A stretch of 64,000 nt of DNA, from the IMG/VR virus record IMGVR_UViG_3300020056_000011; one strand, written 5' to 3'. Each line of letters opens with the position of its first letter. Position 1 is the first letter of the stretch. Below, piece by piece: positions 8,557 through 17,620 of this stretch. The notes under the pieces are model-generated. The model was not told the DNA's origin, made no database searches, and saw nothing but the letters and a program-made list of their open reading frames with translations. The translations under genes were made by a program, and so were the position numbers. Origin of the DNA: an uncultured virus (IMG/VR IMGVR_UViG_3300020056_000011). Taxonomy: Duplodnaviria; Heunggongvirae; Uroviricota; Caudoviricetes.

Positions 8557-8995
8557 TATCTCTAATCCTATCGCTTAGTTTTTTATCTAAATCTTTTAAT
8601 TGTGTATCAATATGTACATATACTGCATCAACATCACTATCTAATTCATCAATCCAATCTTCATGTTTTGCAAAAGTTGCCTGTAGGTCGCTGATCAAAC
8701 CATCATATATCCGATCAATATATTCACCCAACCTATTATCTTCTGATATTCTCATATCATCAATACTAGTTAAACTTGACAAAATATCTTCTTTCATTTT
8801 GTCAACTTCTTTTCTCAGCTGCTTCACATCATTAATAAGAGTTACTTCTTTTTCTATTTTACTCTTTGCAGTGAGTTCGGCGACTTGCCCTTCTAGTTGA
8901 TCTATGGTTTGTGCCTGTTGTGCAGTCCACCACACAAAGGCACTTACCTGTAGAACAATAGCAATGACAACGCCAATGCTAAATTTACTGTTCAT
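8528..8995 (-). CDS. Membrane-anchored coiled-coil protein
   Basis: N-terminal TM followed by acidic coiled coil; start abuts the sbmA stop. Confidence 0.75.
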   Translation of the reverse strand: MNSKFSIGVVIAIVLQVSAFVWWTAQQAQTIDQLEGQVAELTAKSKIEKEVTLINDVKQLRKEVDKMKEDILSSLTSIDDMRISEDNRLGEYIDRIYDGLISDLQATFAKHEDWIDELDSDVDAVYVHIDTQLKDLDKKLSDRIRDNGGQNEQTK

Positions 8996-9967
8996 TTATT
9001 TCTCCTGTATCTGTCTTTCAAATTCTCTTAGTCGTTTGTAGACACTCATTAATTCAATAATGGTAGGCCATGCTTTTAGTAAATACTGCATAGAACCTTC
9101 TACTCTACCAAACGCCCGAATAATTTGTTGCATTACACCCAATGTGACTGCACCAGCAACAATAGCGGGGGCAAGAAACACATAAGCACTCAAGACATTT
9201 GCCTGTAAGTATGCAATTCTACCTATATTGAAGTATAGGTATCTTATATAGGATTTAAAATGAATGCCTCTGACACCTTCAAACAATTCTTCAATAGTTT
9301 TAGGCCTGACTGTCTCATCGTCCTCTGCAATCACCAGAATTTTACGATATGCAGCCTCTTTCTTTTGCAAGTCATATTCAACACCTACAAGTCTCAGCAA
9401 CCATCCCAACCCAACGAGGAATAATGTGCCCCCAATCGACCAGACTAATGCACCTGTTACAAGTCCGTATTGCCAATCACCAAAGAAAAAGATGGGAATT
9501 CCCACACTCAATCCAAGTAAAATAGGCACAAATTGTATCAATACCATAATGGACTCAATAAAACTAGTACCAAGGCCTTCCATAATTCTACTAAACTTGA
9601 TAGTATCTTCTTGCACACGTTGAGCAGCACCTTCGATAGTTCTAGCCTTATCATAGACAGAATGATACCATTCTACCATTGCGGTTCGCCATCTAAACAG
9701 ATAATGTGCTGTGAAAAACGATATTGCGACTGCAATTGCAACATATATTGCTGCGAGTGTAATAAAGGACGCTAGACTGGCCCAATATTCTCCTATTGTA
9801 ATGGCATTAGGTTCTGCTAATGCCCTTTGGATCATGTCGTAAAACTGTCCAAACCATTCATTAATTTTTACATCAATTTGTACTTGTACCCAAAGTGATG
9901 ATAAGATTATTGCGGAACCAATCCAACTCCATAATAACCACTTTCGCTCTTTAAAAAATCTAAACAT
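8996..9967 (-). CDS. sbmA: SbmA/BacA-family inner-membrane peptide transporter
   Basis: INEWFGQFYDMIQRAL, HYLFRWRTAM, IEGAAQRVQEDT, QKKEAAYRK, AGAVTLGVMQQI motifs; multiple TMs; no ATPase domain. Confidence 0.88.
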   Translation of the reverse strand: MFRFFKERKWLLWSWIGSAIILSSLWVQVQIDVKINEWFGQFYDMIQRALAEPNAITIGEYWASLASFITLAAIYVAIAVAISFFTAHYLFRWRTAMVEWYHSVYDKARTIEGAAQRVQEDTIKFSRIMEGLGTSFIESIMVLIQFVPILLGLSVGIPIFFFGDWQYGLVTGALVWSIGGTLFLVGLGWLLRLVGVEYDLQKKEAAYRKILVIAEDDETVRPKTIEELFEGVRGIHFKSYIRYLYFNIGRIAYLQANVLSAYVFLAPAIVAGAVTLGVMQQIIRAFGRVEGSMQYLLKAWPTIIELMSVYKRLREFERQIQEK

Positions 9968-9982
9968 AACTTCCCTTTCATG

Positions 9983-10426
9983 TTATTTTGATGGTCCCTG
10001 TGTTCTATCGGGCATCGTCGCTTCCAATTCCATTCTTAATTCACCACCAGCTCCATTTGGTGGCATCATTTTCCCCCTTATCTTAAACCCAGCCTTTTGT
10101 CTTTCTTCGGCTGCCATTAATTTCTTTAGTGTTTCTCTGTCATATGGGAAAAAATATACTCTACTGCCTCTTGTTTTTTCCCAAACCCATAGATGAATTG
10201 TATCAGAACTCTTCATTTTATAATGAAGCATTTCAAATTCGCCCTGAGGCATTCCCTCTATTGGAGACCCTATATTTTCTTTAATCCAGAGGCCGGATAC
10301 AGATAAAAAGAATATTGCAAAGGGCAATACTGTGAGTTTGAGGATAAAATCTACATCTGCAAGATATATTATCACTGCAATGACTAGTGATAGCAAAATT
10401 CCAGACAAAATAATTGTTGTAATCAT
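9983..10426 (-). CDS. Two-TM membrane protein associated with ExbB/ExbD-like pair
   Basis: Two N-terminal TMs then soluble domain; ATGA coupling to upstream gene. Confidence 0.75.
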   Translation of the reverse strand: MITTIILSGILLSLVIAVIIYLADVDFILKLTVLPFAIFFLSVSGLWIKENIGSPIEGMPQGEFEMLHYKMKSSDTIHLWVWEKTRGSRVYFFPYDRETLKKLMAAEERQKAGFKIRGKMMPPNGAGGELRMELEATMPDRTQGPSK

Positions 10427-11163
10427 GGGCCAGTCCCTTTCCAATTAGTGTCGTCCCAACTGGGATATTCATTTCGCGTATTGCCAGGAAAAGATGTTGG
10501 TGGAATTGCTGGTGGTAATCTAGTAGATGGAGTTATTTCAACATCTCCACCAGCATTTGCATATTTATAGTATAAAGGTATCTGTATATCAGTTCTAAGG
10601 TCGCTGATTTTACCTTTTTTGTCCATCAAAAAAGTTGCAATGGTGTGTTCTTGCCTAAATGTCAATGAAACTCTACCAGTGTAAATCACTCTATATGGAT
10701 TGAGTTTTATAATTTCAACTTGTACTGGTGTTGGATATATTTCACCTTCTTGTATTTCTTTATTTGTGTTGTAATGATGTACATTTACAACATATTCGCC
10801 AGGCACAAAAGTGTTGATTGATATCGTTTCTATATTTCTAAGAATTTTTGTAGGAATTCCATCAACCATAACGAAATCATTACTGATTCCTAGATCATCT
10901 CGTTCAAGAACCATCCAGTTTGCATCTTTTCTCTTGAAACTGACTATATCATCATCTTTCGGGCCTCTTACCCACAAGTCTATGTCCATTATAGATCTGT
11001 CGGGCCATGTTAGTATTACAAGAAACTCCGATTTTGGGTCTATTTTACCCTTGTCTGCAATTGGATTGATTAGCAAAAATGCAATCAACAATAGACTAAC
11101 AAAACCAACAAGAAGATTGAATAAAAGGTCAACAAAACCTAAATTTGTGCTGTATTTTCTCAT
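10423..11163 (-). CDS. ExbD/MotB-like single-TM protein (TM Asp) with YfaP/DUF2135-like extracytoplasmic domain
   Basis: GFVDLLFNLL TM with Asp; LTW..DIDLWV, LERDDLG, NIETI, PGEYVVNVHHY. Confidence 0.7.
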   Translation of the reverse strand: MRKYSTNLGFVDLLFNLLVGFVSLLLIAFLLINPIADKGKIDPKSEFLVILTWPDRSIMDIDLWVRGPKDDDIVSFKRKDANWMVLERDDLGISNDFVMVDGIPTKILRNIETISINTFVPGEYVVNVHHYNTNKEIQEGEIYPTPVQVEIIKLNPYRVIYTGRVSLTFRQEHTIATFLMDKKGKISDLRTDIQIPLYYKYANAGGDVEITPSTRLPPAIPPTSFPGNTRNEYPSWDDTNWKGTGP

Positions 11164-11627
11164 CACACATTACTTTCACCATCTAACAACACCAGCTGGA
11201 ATTTGAGAAGTATTGAAGATAATAATCCTGTCAAAGATGTTATCAATGCGATCCCCATACCAGAAGCAAGCGTTCCTATTATATTTTTGAGCTCTTCGGG
11301 AGAATAATCCGTTATATTGCTAAATGTTGTTGTGAGAACAATTAGAAATCCCACAAGAGTCCCTACCATACCAATAGATAATACAGCATCAGAGAAAAAC
11401 CAAATTGGTTCAACTGAACTTTGTGTTACTACACGGTTTTTAAACTGTTTGATATATGATTTATAACCGACAAATAAACTACATGATAATAAAATTGTAA
11501 GTATTAGTATGCTAATTTTTGTGCCGTCTTGCACTAGAAGATAATGTGAAATTCCAATCTGTGTTTCTGCAATTCCAATTAATACGACACAGACTACAAT
11601 TGTAGTCCACCATTTCCAAAATACCAT
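11163..11627 (-). CDS. MotA/TolQ/ExbB proton-channel family protein
   Basis: IGMVGTLVGF and GMGIALITSLTGL signature helices. Confidence 0.85.
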   Translation of the reverse strand: MVFWKWWTTIVVCVVLIGIAETQIGISHYLLVQDGTKISILILTILLSCSLFVGYKSYIKQFKNRVVTQSSVEPIWFFSDAVLSIGMVGTLVGFLIVLTTTFSNITDYSPEELKNIIGTLASGMGIALITSLTGLLSSILLKFQLVLLDGESNV

Positions 11628-11661
11628 TTCAATATCCTTTATGTTTTTAAGTTTATATTTC

Positions 11662-11669
11662 TATTTATT
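11662..11669 (-). promoter_or_regulatory. Late-type promoter variant (AATAAATA) upstream of motor/sbmA operon
   Basis: AATAAATAG, the same variant found before fibre genes at 21984 and 31521. Confidence 0.4.
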
Positions 11670-11718
11670 TCATTTTATAAGTGTGAATTATAATTTACAT
11701 AAATAGCTATACTTCTTT

Positions 11719-12528
11719 TTGAAAGGAAAACAAATGAGAAATTTCATCTTTCTCATGGTCATGATGATGGGTTTTGTTTATCCATCGATGTCATATGCAC
11801 ACACAATAAATAACAATTATCATTTTAAATATGTGGAAGAAACTCCTTGGGGTCCAATGTTAGAGTTCAGAGGAAATTTTGTAAAGGGACTCAAAGACGA
11901 TTTCATGCGAATGTTAACTATATATCCAAAAACTAAAATTATTTCTATGTCATCGCCCGGAGGCCTTCTTGATGAAGGATATGAGGTTGGACGCCTCTTG
12001 TCAAACTACAGAGTATCCGTATGGGTTCCTAGAGATCAGGCATGTATTTCAGCATGTGCATTGGCGTTCATTGGTGGAGATAACTATATGGTAAGTGGAC
12101 TCCTAGCATTTCACGCACCTTGGCTACCAGCATATGATGGTGGAATGAAGATAATGGATATCTATTCTCAGGGACAGAATACAGGAGCAGTCCAATCATA
12201 CTGGTTTGCTTTGAATGGATTTAGAGCTCAATTGTATATGACAATTACACAATATACAAATAGAGACACATTTCTAATGTTTCTAAACACCAGAGATTTA
12301 AATTATTTTCTAATGCATCCAGAAAGGACATATTCAGAGTATTTGGAGTTTAAAGATATGCCAAAAACAGTCCTTCAAGGAAATGGAGATCTATTAGAAG
12401 CAGTTATGGTGAGAAAGAGACTTGAAGTTTTAAGAAAGGCGGGAGAATTTAACTTCGATGGAAGTAATTCTAAACTCCCCTCTTATAGAGAGTTACAAAG
12501 GCTCCATCGGCCAAAGAAAGAGCAGTAA
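11719..12528 (+). CDS. Exported ClpP/crotonase-fold protein (COG3904-like)
   Basis: Signal peptide (start likely 11734); MSSPGG, ACISACALAFIGG, FHAP. Confidence 0.7.
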   Translation: MKGKQMRNFIFLMVMMMGFVYPSMSYAHTINNNYHFKYVEETPWGPMLEFRGNFVKGLKDDFMRMLTIYPKTKIISMSSPGGLLDEGYEVGRLLSNYRVSVWVPRDQACISACALAFIGGDNYMVSGLLAFHAPWLPAYDGGMKIMDIYSQGQNTGAVQSYWFALNGFRAQLYMTITQYTNRDTFLMFLNTRDLNYFLMHPERTYSEYLEFKDMPKTVLQGNGDLLEAVMVRKRLEVLRKAGEFNFDGSNSKLPSYRELQRLHRPKKEQ

Positions 12529-12715
12529 TCATATCTTGAAACATCTTCGGAGACATTTCTATAAGATCATATACGTCTGTTCCGGCAATTTGATCGTTAA
12601 ATTGCCGAATATAAACAACATCGTCGCCTATAATTAGTTGTACATCTTCTAACTTGCCTTGTTCGTCCAAGATAGTTGTTATGGTCGAATCAAACTCAAA
12701 TTCATTGGTAATCAC
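12470..12715 (-). CDS. Hypothetical protein
   Basis: Gene run. Confidence 0.65.
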   Translation of the reverse strand: MITNEFEFDSTITTILDEQGKLEDVQLIIGDDVVYIRQFNDQIAGTDVYDLIEMSPKMFQDMITALSLADGAFVTLYKRGV

Positions 12716-13246
12716 TCATACCATCTCCTTATACTCGACTACTCCTAAAAGTTCTTTTATGAGATCTTTGCCATAGGAAGTAAATAATACACCCAATTCC
12801 CAAACAAAATGTTCAACACACTGTTGGTGATAAAATGTTTCTTGAGATGTGATCCAACGAAGAGCTGTTTGACGATCACCCGCACCAAGATTAATAACAT
12901 CTTGAATACGAGATTCAAACTCAAGAATTGCTTCTTCTTCTGCTTGTCTTTCGCGTTCAAGCTGTTCGGTTGCAGAGTTTCCATAAGAATCTGCAAGTTC
13001 CTCTAGTTCCACTAGAGACATGTTTGCATAATCTACCCAATATTTGTGTCCATATGCAGTCTTTGCAGACTCTGAAATACTACACGCAAGTTGATATTTT
13101 TCGTAGTCCTCTACAGTATAGACACCACATTCTGCCCAAAATTCTGGATCAGTGACAGTTTCACCTGCCCAGCGTCCCTCTTCTTCTGCTGCCCATGCAG
13201 CAGATTCAGCGTTTTGAGCCTCGATATGAGCAACTAAAGGGTTCAT
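12716..13246 (-). CDS. Acidic hypothetical early protein
   Basis: TAATG coupling with upstream gene; GGAGG RBS. Confidence 0.75.
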   Translation of the reverse strand: MNPLVAHIEAQNAESAAWAAEEEGRWAGETVTDPEFWAECGVYTVEDYEKYQLACSISESAKTAYGHKYWVDYANMSLVELEELADSYGNSATEQLERERQAEEEAILEFESRIQDVINLGAGDRQTALRWITSQETFYHQQCVEHFVWELGVLFTSYGKDLIKELLGVVEYKEMV

Positions 13247-13449
13247 TACATTTCCTCCCACATAGAGATTTCGTTTTGAATTGAAGCTTGTTCGTCACAC
13301 CAAGCCTCAAATTCCATGATTTCTGTGCGTTTTCGTGTTAACATACCACGCAGAGAATCTAATGCCATACGGCGTTCATCGCTCGCACCTTCTTCAAATG
13401 CAATGATTGCATTTTCCAAGGTTTCTGCATCTAGTAGTGTATCAATCAT
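13246..13449 (-). CDS. Hypothetical protein
   Basis: GAGGTG RBS; promoter upstream. Confidence 0.7.
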   Translation of the reverse strand: MIDTLLDAETLENAIIAFEEGASDERRMALDSLRGMLTRKRTEIMEFEAWCDEQASIQNEISMWEEM

Positions 13450-13477
13450 TGCGAATCACCTCTCTCATTACACATAT

Positions 13478-13506
13478 AGTATTACACAACTGAAACCAAG
13501 AGTCAA
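13478..13506 (-). promoter_or_regulatory. Probable early promoter
   Basis: TTGACT followed by TGTG-TAATAC/TACTAT; spacing imperfect. Confidence 0.5.
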
Positions 13507-13515
13507 TAGCTGTTT

Positions 13516-13839
13516 TTAGATTTCTTTGAACCCAAAAGCAGAAACTTTGTATTTTGTTGTTCCAAGTAACATTTGGTCACCAACACTGGTTGAACGCAAG
13601 CCCCACTGTTTTCCATTCTCGTCTGTATGTAGAGGAGCCATGACAGTAACATCATCGTTATAATCACCATTTACTTCATCTCCAAGATATTGTTCTTTGA
13701 TACTCCAAGAACCCATTACGTTATTAGTCCAACGATACGCATACTCAAGCGCCTCGTCGCCAGTTCTATTTCCAACCTCTACAAACGCTACAGTTTGTGG
13801 TACATCTTCAAAAGCGGCATGTATTACTGCTACTTGCAT
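13516..13839 (-). CDS. Hypothetical protein, YodL-like motif
   Basis: LRSTSVGD...Y.V..FGF pattern; AGGAGA RBS. Confidence 0.65.
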   Translation of the reverse strand: MQVAVIHAAFEDVPQTVAFVEVGNRTGDEALEYAYRWTNNVMGSWSIKEQYLGDEVNGDYNDDVTVMAPLHTDENGKQWGLRSTSVGDQMLLGTTKYKVSAFGFKEI

Positions 13840-13852
13840 ATTATATCTCCTA

Positions 13853-14080
13853 TTAGTGGATTAATTCAAAACCAGTGAACCCTTCTTGAGTCCACCCACG
13901 AGCCTTCGCGTGTTCATACACGATTATTCCATATTCTTTCTCTGGCCATAGACCCTCTTTAAGGGCCCATTCCTTCATGTCAAGTTGAATCATTGTAGAT
14001 AGTTCGCCTTGAGCAGTCAATGGATAGATACGGAACTCTTCATTTTCAATGAACTTTATTTCATCAGGTGTTGTGTTCAT
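13853..14080 (-). CDS. Hypothetical early protein
   Basis: AAGGA RBS after promoter. Confidence 0.7.
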   Translation of the reverse strand: MNTTPDEIKFIENEEFRIYPLTAQGELSTMIQLDMKEWALKEGLWPEKEYGIIVYEHAKARGWTQEGFTGFELIH

Positions 14081-14108
14081 ATGATTCGTCCTTTCTTCTT
14101 ACAATACT

Positions 14109-14141
14109 AATATAAGTGCTGACAAGCACAATGTCAAGGGC
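14109..14141 (-). promoter_or_regulatory. Sigma70-type early promoter
   Basis: GCCC-TTGACA-17-TATATT. Confidence 0.85.
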
Positions 14142-14297
14142 CTTTGCTAATTTTTTTACTCATGTATTCCAAAAATAAGCCACAAAATCCAATTCAAGAA
14201 TATTGTGGCTCCAAAGATGATTGTCATTCCATAAAATAGATATATTACTTCTAAATCAACTTTTTTCATCAATTGTCGATGTAAGTCTGTTATATGT

Positions 14298-14582
14298 TTA
14301 TAATTTAGCATTTTCAAGTTTTGATATTCTCTCTTCTAATTCATCTATTTTCTTTGTTACATGGGGATACTTTTTTCTCCACGCATCTTCTGGTTGGTCG
14401 AACCAAGTCCATCCAAAATAATCACGAATTGCATCTAAATATTCATCAAATTTACCATATAGATAAATTCCAGCATGTGTTGAACGAAAATATGCAAGAA
14501 ATGCAGCACCAAACAATGCTCCGGCAATACCTGTATAAATCCACAATCTATCTGTGGCCATTCTTTCAAGCATTTCCCACAT
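14298..14582 (-). CDS. Small membrane protein
   Basis: TM IYTGIAGALFGAAFLAYF, C-terminal coiled coil. Confidence 0.75.
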   Translation of the reverse strand: MWEMLERMATDRLWIYTGIAGALFGAAFLAYFRSTHAGIYLYGKFDEYLDAIRDYFGWTWFDQPEDAWRKKYPHVTKKIDELEERISKLENAKL

Positions 14583-14585
14583 ATT

Positions 14586-15320
14586 CTATTCCTCTTTTTC
14601 TAGTTTTTCAGTATATCTTATATAATACTTTATATCGTGGTCGTAAATTCCATCAAAAGGAACTTTCTTTTTAAGGGCCATAATTCTTCCTCTCCATTGA
14701 TCTTTCATTCTCTGCCACAAACTCATTTTTCTAATATTTCCATGATAGTTGATATATTTCAGTTCTCCATGATGTCTATAGCATAAAAATGATGGTGGAA
14801 CACTAGGAACAATATCATTGTTGTTGACATATCTAACATGTTCACAGGAGATAGATTTTACATATTTATTCCATCCAACTCTAGGAGATCCAAATGTACA
14901 GAGATAATCAACGTCTTGTATCAATCCTGCTGCGATAGTAGCCATTGCGCCACCCAAAGAATGTCCTGTAAAATATAATTGTTTTTTATGACGCATCTGA
15001 TCGATAGTAATTTGTACTCTATCTAAAACTTTTTGAACTTCACCATTAAAACCTTTATGTACTCTGCCGTTTTTTTCTTTCTGGGGCCATGCTCTCAAAT
15101 CTGCTTTTAGGTCATTCCATTCTTTGCCCATTTCTGTTCCCCGAAAACAAATAATTAGATAATTTTGATTCCAAACAGCATAACATTGAGCTCCATCCCA
15201 ATCAATATATTTTACTCTTGGAAACCCAAGTTTTTGATATCTTTCTTCAGCAGCCTTTGGTGGTAGGTACGCAATTGCAGACATTTTGGCAAGTAAAGCA
15301 TCTAATTTTTTTCTTTCCAT
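14586..15320 (-). CDS. Lipase class 3 (alpha/beta hydrolase)
   Basis: ICFRGT, VHKGF, TGHSLGGA, FGSPRVG, NDIVP, DH. Confidence 0.92.
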   Translation of the reverse strand: MERKKLDALLAKMSAIAYLPPKAAEERYQKLGFPRVKYIDWDGAQCYAVWNQNYLIICFRGTEMGKEWNDLKADLRAWPQKEKNGRVHKGFNGEVQKVLDRVQITIDQMRHKKQLYFTGHSLGGAMATIAAGLIQDVDYLCTFGSPRVGWNKYVKSISCEHVRYVNNNDIVPSVPPSFLCYRHHGELKYINYHGNIRKMSLWQRMKDQWRGRIMALKKKVPFDGIYDHDIKYYIRYTEKLEKEE

Positions 15321-16495
15321 TAATTTTTCCCTTCGTAGATTCGGTTATGAGTATCTTGACACATAACAAAGGTTGTACACTTACTTAGTCTTTTTAGCTT
15401 TGACGCTCCAACATAAGTACAAGTGCTCCTAATACCACCCAAAATATTTTGAACAGTCATTTCTACGGGGCCCTGATATGGAACCATTACTTCTCTACCT
15501 TCTGATGAACGATAGTTCTTTAATCCACCAGAATGCTTTCTATTTGCAGTCTCTGAACTCATTCCATAAAAATGCACAAATTGTTTGGAATAAATCGATT
15601 TCTTGGTTGGTGTAGTAAAATCATTCTTAGTGGCATAAACCAATACCTCATCTGTCTCATACCATTTTTCAATGATTTCACCACCCCCTTCATTATGGCC
15701 GGCAAACATTCCGCCTAACATAACAAAATCTGCGCCACCAGCAAATGCTTTGGCTATGTCGCCAGGAGTTGTGCAACCACCATCAGCAATAATATGCCCA
15801 CCAAGCCCATGAGCAGCATCCGCACACTCAATGACTGCGGATAATTGAGGATAACCAACACCAGTTTGTATACGGGTCGTACAAACTGAACCAGGCCCGA
15901 TCCCAACTTTGACAATATCTGCTCCATTTAGTATTAACTCCTGTGTTTGATCTGCTGTAACTACATTACCGGCAATAATTACTAATTCTGGAAATGTGCT
16001 TCTCAGTTCTGATATGAAATTGACAAATCTCTCTGTGTATCCATTTGCCACATCCACGCAGACATATGATATTTTATTATCTGTCATTTCATAAACTTTG
16101 CGAAACTTATTCAAATCTTCTTCCACAATGCCCATAGAATATGCTGTATGTGTAGGACGCCATGGATAGTTTGGATTATCAAAGAAATCCACCAACTCTG
16201 GAACTTTATAATTTTTCTTTAAACAAGTAAACAATCCTAATTTACCCAAAACATCTGCCATCTTGAATGTTCCAACACCATCCATATTAGCAGCCATGAT
16301 AGGAATGCCTTCATAATGATAATCTTTATGTGCTGGATATCCATGTGGAAGTTCAGACGAAGTATATGTTGGTCTGTAGTTTCTAAATATGAACCTTCGT
16401 GTGAGATCAACTTCTTTACGACTTGTCAAAGCACTTCTTTTTGGTCGAATAAGGACACTACTGTAATCAAGTTTTAACTCTGGTTCAATTCTCAT
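15320..16495 (-). CDS. guaC: GMP reductase
   Basis: [60 protein letters not shown]. Confidence 0.95.
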   Translation of the reverse strand: MRIEPELKLDYSSVLIRPKRSALTSRKEVDLTRRFIFRNYRPTYTSSELPHGYPAHKDYHYEGIPIMAANMDGVGTFKMADVLGKLGLFTCLKKNYKVPELVDFFDNPNYPWRPTHTAYSMGIVEEDLNKFRKVYEMTDNKISYVCVDVANGYTERFVNFISELRSTFPELVIIAGNVVTADQTQELILNGADIVKVGIGPGSVCTTRIQTGVGYPQLSAVIECADAAHGLGGHIIADGGCTTPGDIAKAFAGGADFVMLGGMFAGHNEGGGEIIEKWYETDEVLVYATKNDFTTPTKKSIYSKQFVHFYGMSSETANRKHSGGLKNYRSSEGREVMVPYQGPVEMTVQNILGGIRSTCTYVGASKLKRLSKCTTFVMCQDTHNRIYEGKN

Positions 16496-17085
16496 TATAC
16501 ATCCAACTCAAACTGAATGTTAGATATGGCCTCTTCGATCCAATCCCACTGTAAGTTATTCATCTGTTCCCATGAGGCTTCCCAATCGTCTGGCTGTTCT
16601 TCGCCCTTTTCATCTTCATCCCAATAAAATTCCAAGTCATATTCTTCAAAATCATCTGACTCAAGACGAATATCTTCAAAACATTCTCCACCAAAATACA
16701 CAGAAGAACCAAAAAAGTTTGGCATTTCATCTTCATACGAAACTGTGAAGATTGCATTTTTATCCACCTCATATGCCTCTTCTGCAATTCTTTCATAGAG
16801 ATATTCTGGAATATCCCAGGCAGAACATGTAGATAACATTTCATCATCGGCATCTTGAATGTTACACCATTTTGCACCAATATTGTCAATATACCAACCT
16901 CTGGTGCTTGTAAATTCTTCATCTATATCTGTCCAAAACATTTCATGAATTGGTTTGTAAAAATCATATTCAGAGGGCCTCTCATCTTCTGGATATGTCA
17001 TTTTACTTACTAAGTCTTTCCACCATTGCTTTACTTCATCATTTCCTTGATGTAAAGTTAATGTTGCATATACGTTATTTGCCAT
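16495..17085 (-). CDS. Acidic hypothetical protein (YubB/DUF1281 ferredoxin-like)
   Basis: MANNV start, WY..NIGAKW, SAWDIP, YEDE motifs. Confidence 0.65.
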   Translation of the reverse strand: MANNVYATLTLHQGNDEVKQWWKDLVSKMTYPEDERPSEYDFYKPIHEMFWTDIDEEFTSTRGWYIDNIGAKWCNIQDADDEMLSTCSAWDIPEYLYERIAEEAYEVDKNAIFTVSYEDEMPNFFGSSVYFGGECFEDIRLESDDFEEYDLEFYWDEDEKGEEQPDDWEASWEQMNNLQWDWIEEAISNIQFELDV

Positions 17086-17243
17086 TTTAATCTCCTATAA
17101 CTTCTTCTTCAAATTCACTTTCATCGGGATTGATAATAATTTTTACGGTATCTCCATCAATGGACAAAAATACTGTTTTTATATCTGGCCATTGTTGTAT
17201 TGATTCTTCATCAATCACTTCCAGTTTCTTAAAATTTCCCAAT

Positions 17244-17522
17244 CTAACCATCGATCAAATCACTCCACTTTTTTAGTTTATCTCTCTTTATCTCTGACCT
17301 CTCAGCAATTTCTTTATGTGTCACAATTCCATGATCTATCATCAGTTCAATCATACACTGAACATCACCAATCTCTTCTATTAGAGTTTTTCGTTTCTCT
17401 TCCCAGATTTCTTCTCTATATCTGAATTTTCGAATAATTTTACTACAAGCCTGTGTCAGTTCTCCACATTCTTCCATAGTGATAGTCATTAGTTGTTGTA
17501 ATTTGTTTAATGGTTTTCCCAT
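17244..17522 (-). CDS. MazG-like nucleotide pyrophosphohydrolase
   Basis: EECGEL...EEIGDV motif. Confidence 0.8.
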   Translation of the reverse strand: MGKPLNKLQQLMTITMEECGELTQACSKIIRKFRYREEIWEEKRKTLIEEIGDVQCMIELMIDHGIVTHKEIAERSEIKRDKLKKWSDLIDG

Positions 17523-17552
17523 AAATAAATCCTTTCAAATAATAATATTTTC

Positions 17553-17581
17553 ACTATATACTATTTCAAGTCGCCTGTCAA
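17553..17581 (-). promoter_or_regulatory. Sigma70-type promoter
   Basis: TTGACA-17-TATAGT. Confidence 0.8.
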
Positions 17582-17588
17582 TAACTAT

Positions 17589-17596
17589 TATAAATA
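17589..17596 (+). promoter_or_regulatory. T4-type late promoter
   Basis: TATAAATA 25 nt before first structural gene. Confidence 0.85.
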
Positions 17597-17620
17597 AAAG
17601 ACAGAATATGGAACCAATAA

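Noticed and set aside
10423..11627. Canonical Zorya defence system
   Set aside because: A subunit lacks the long cytoplasmic tail, B subunit lacks an OmpA domain, and no ZorC/D/E are adjacent
15320..17522. Z-base (2-aminoadenine) or deazaguanine modification pathway
   Set aside because: No PurZ, DatZ, QueC/D/E or DpdA genes visible in this window
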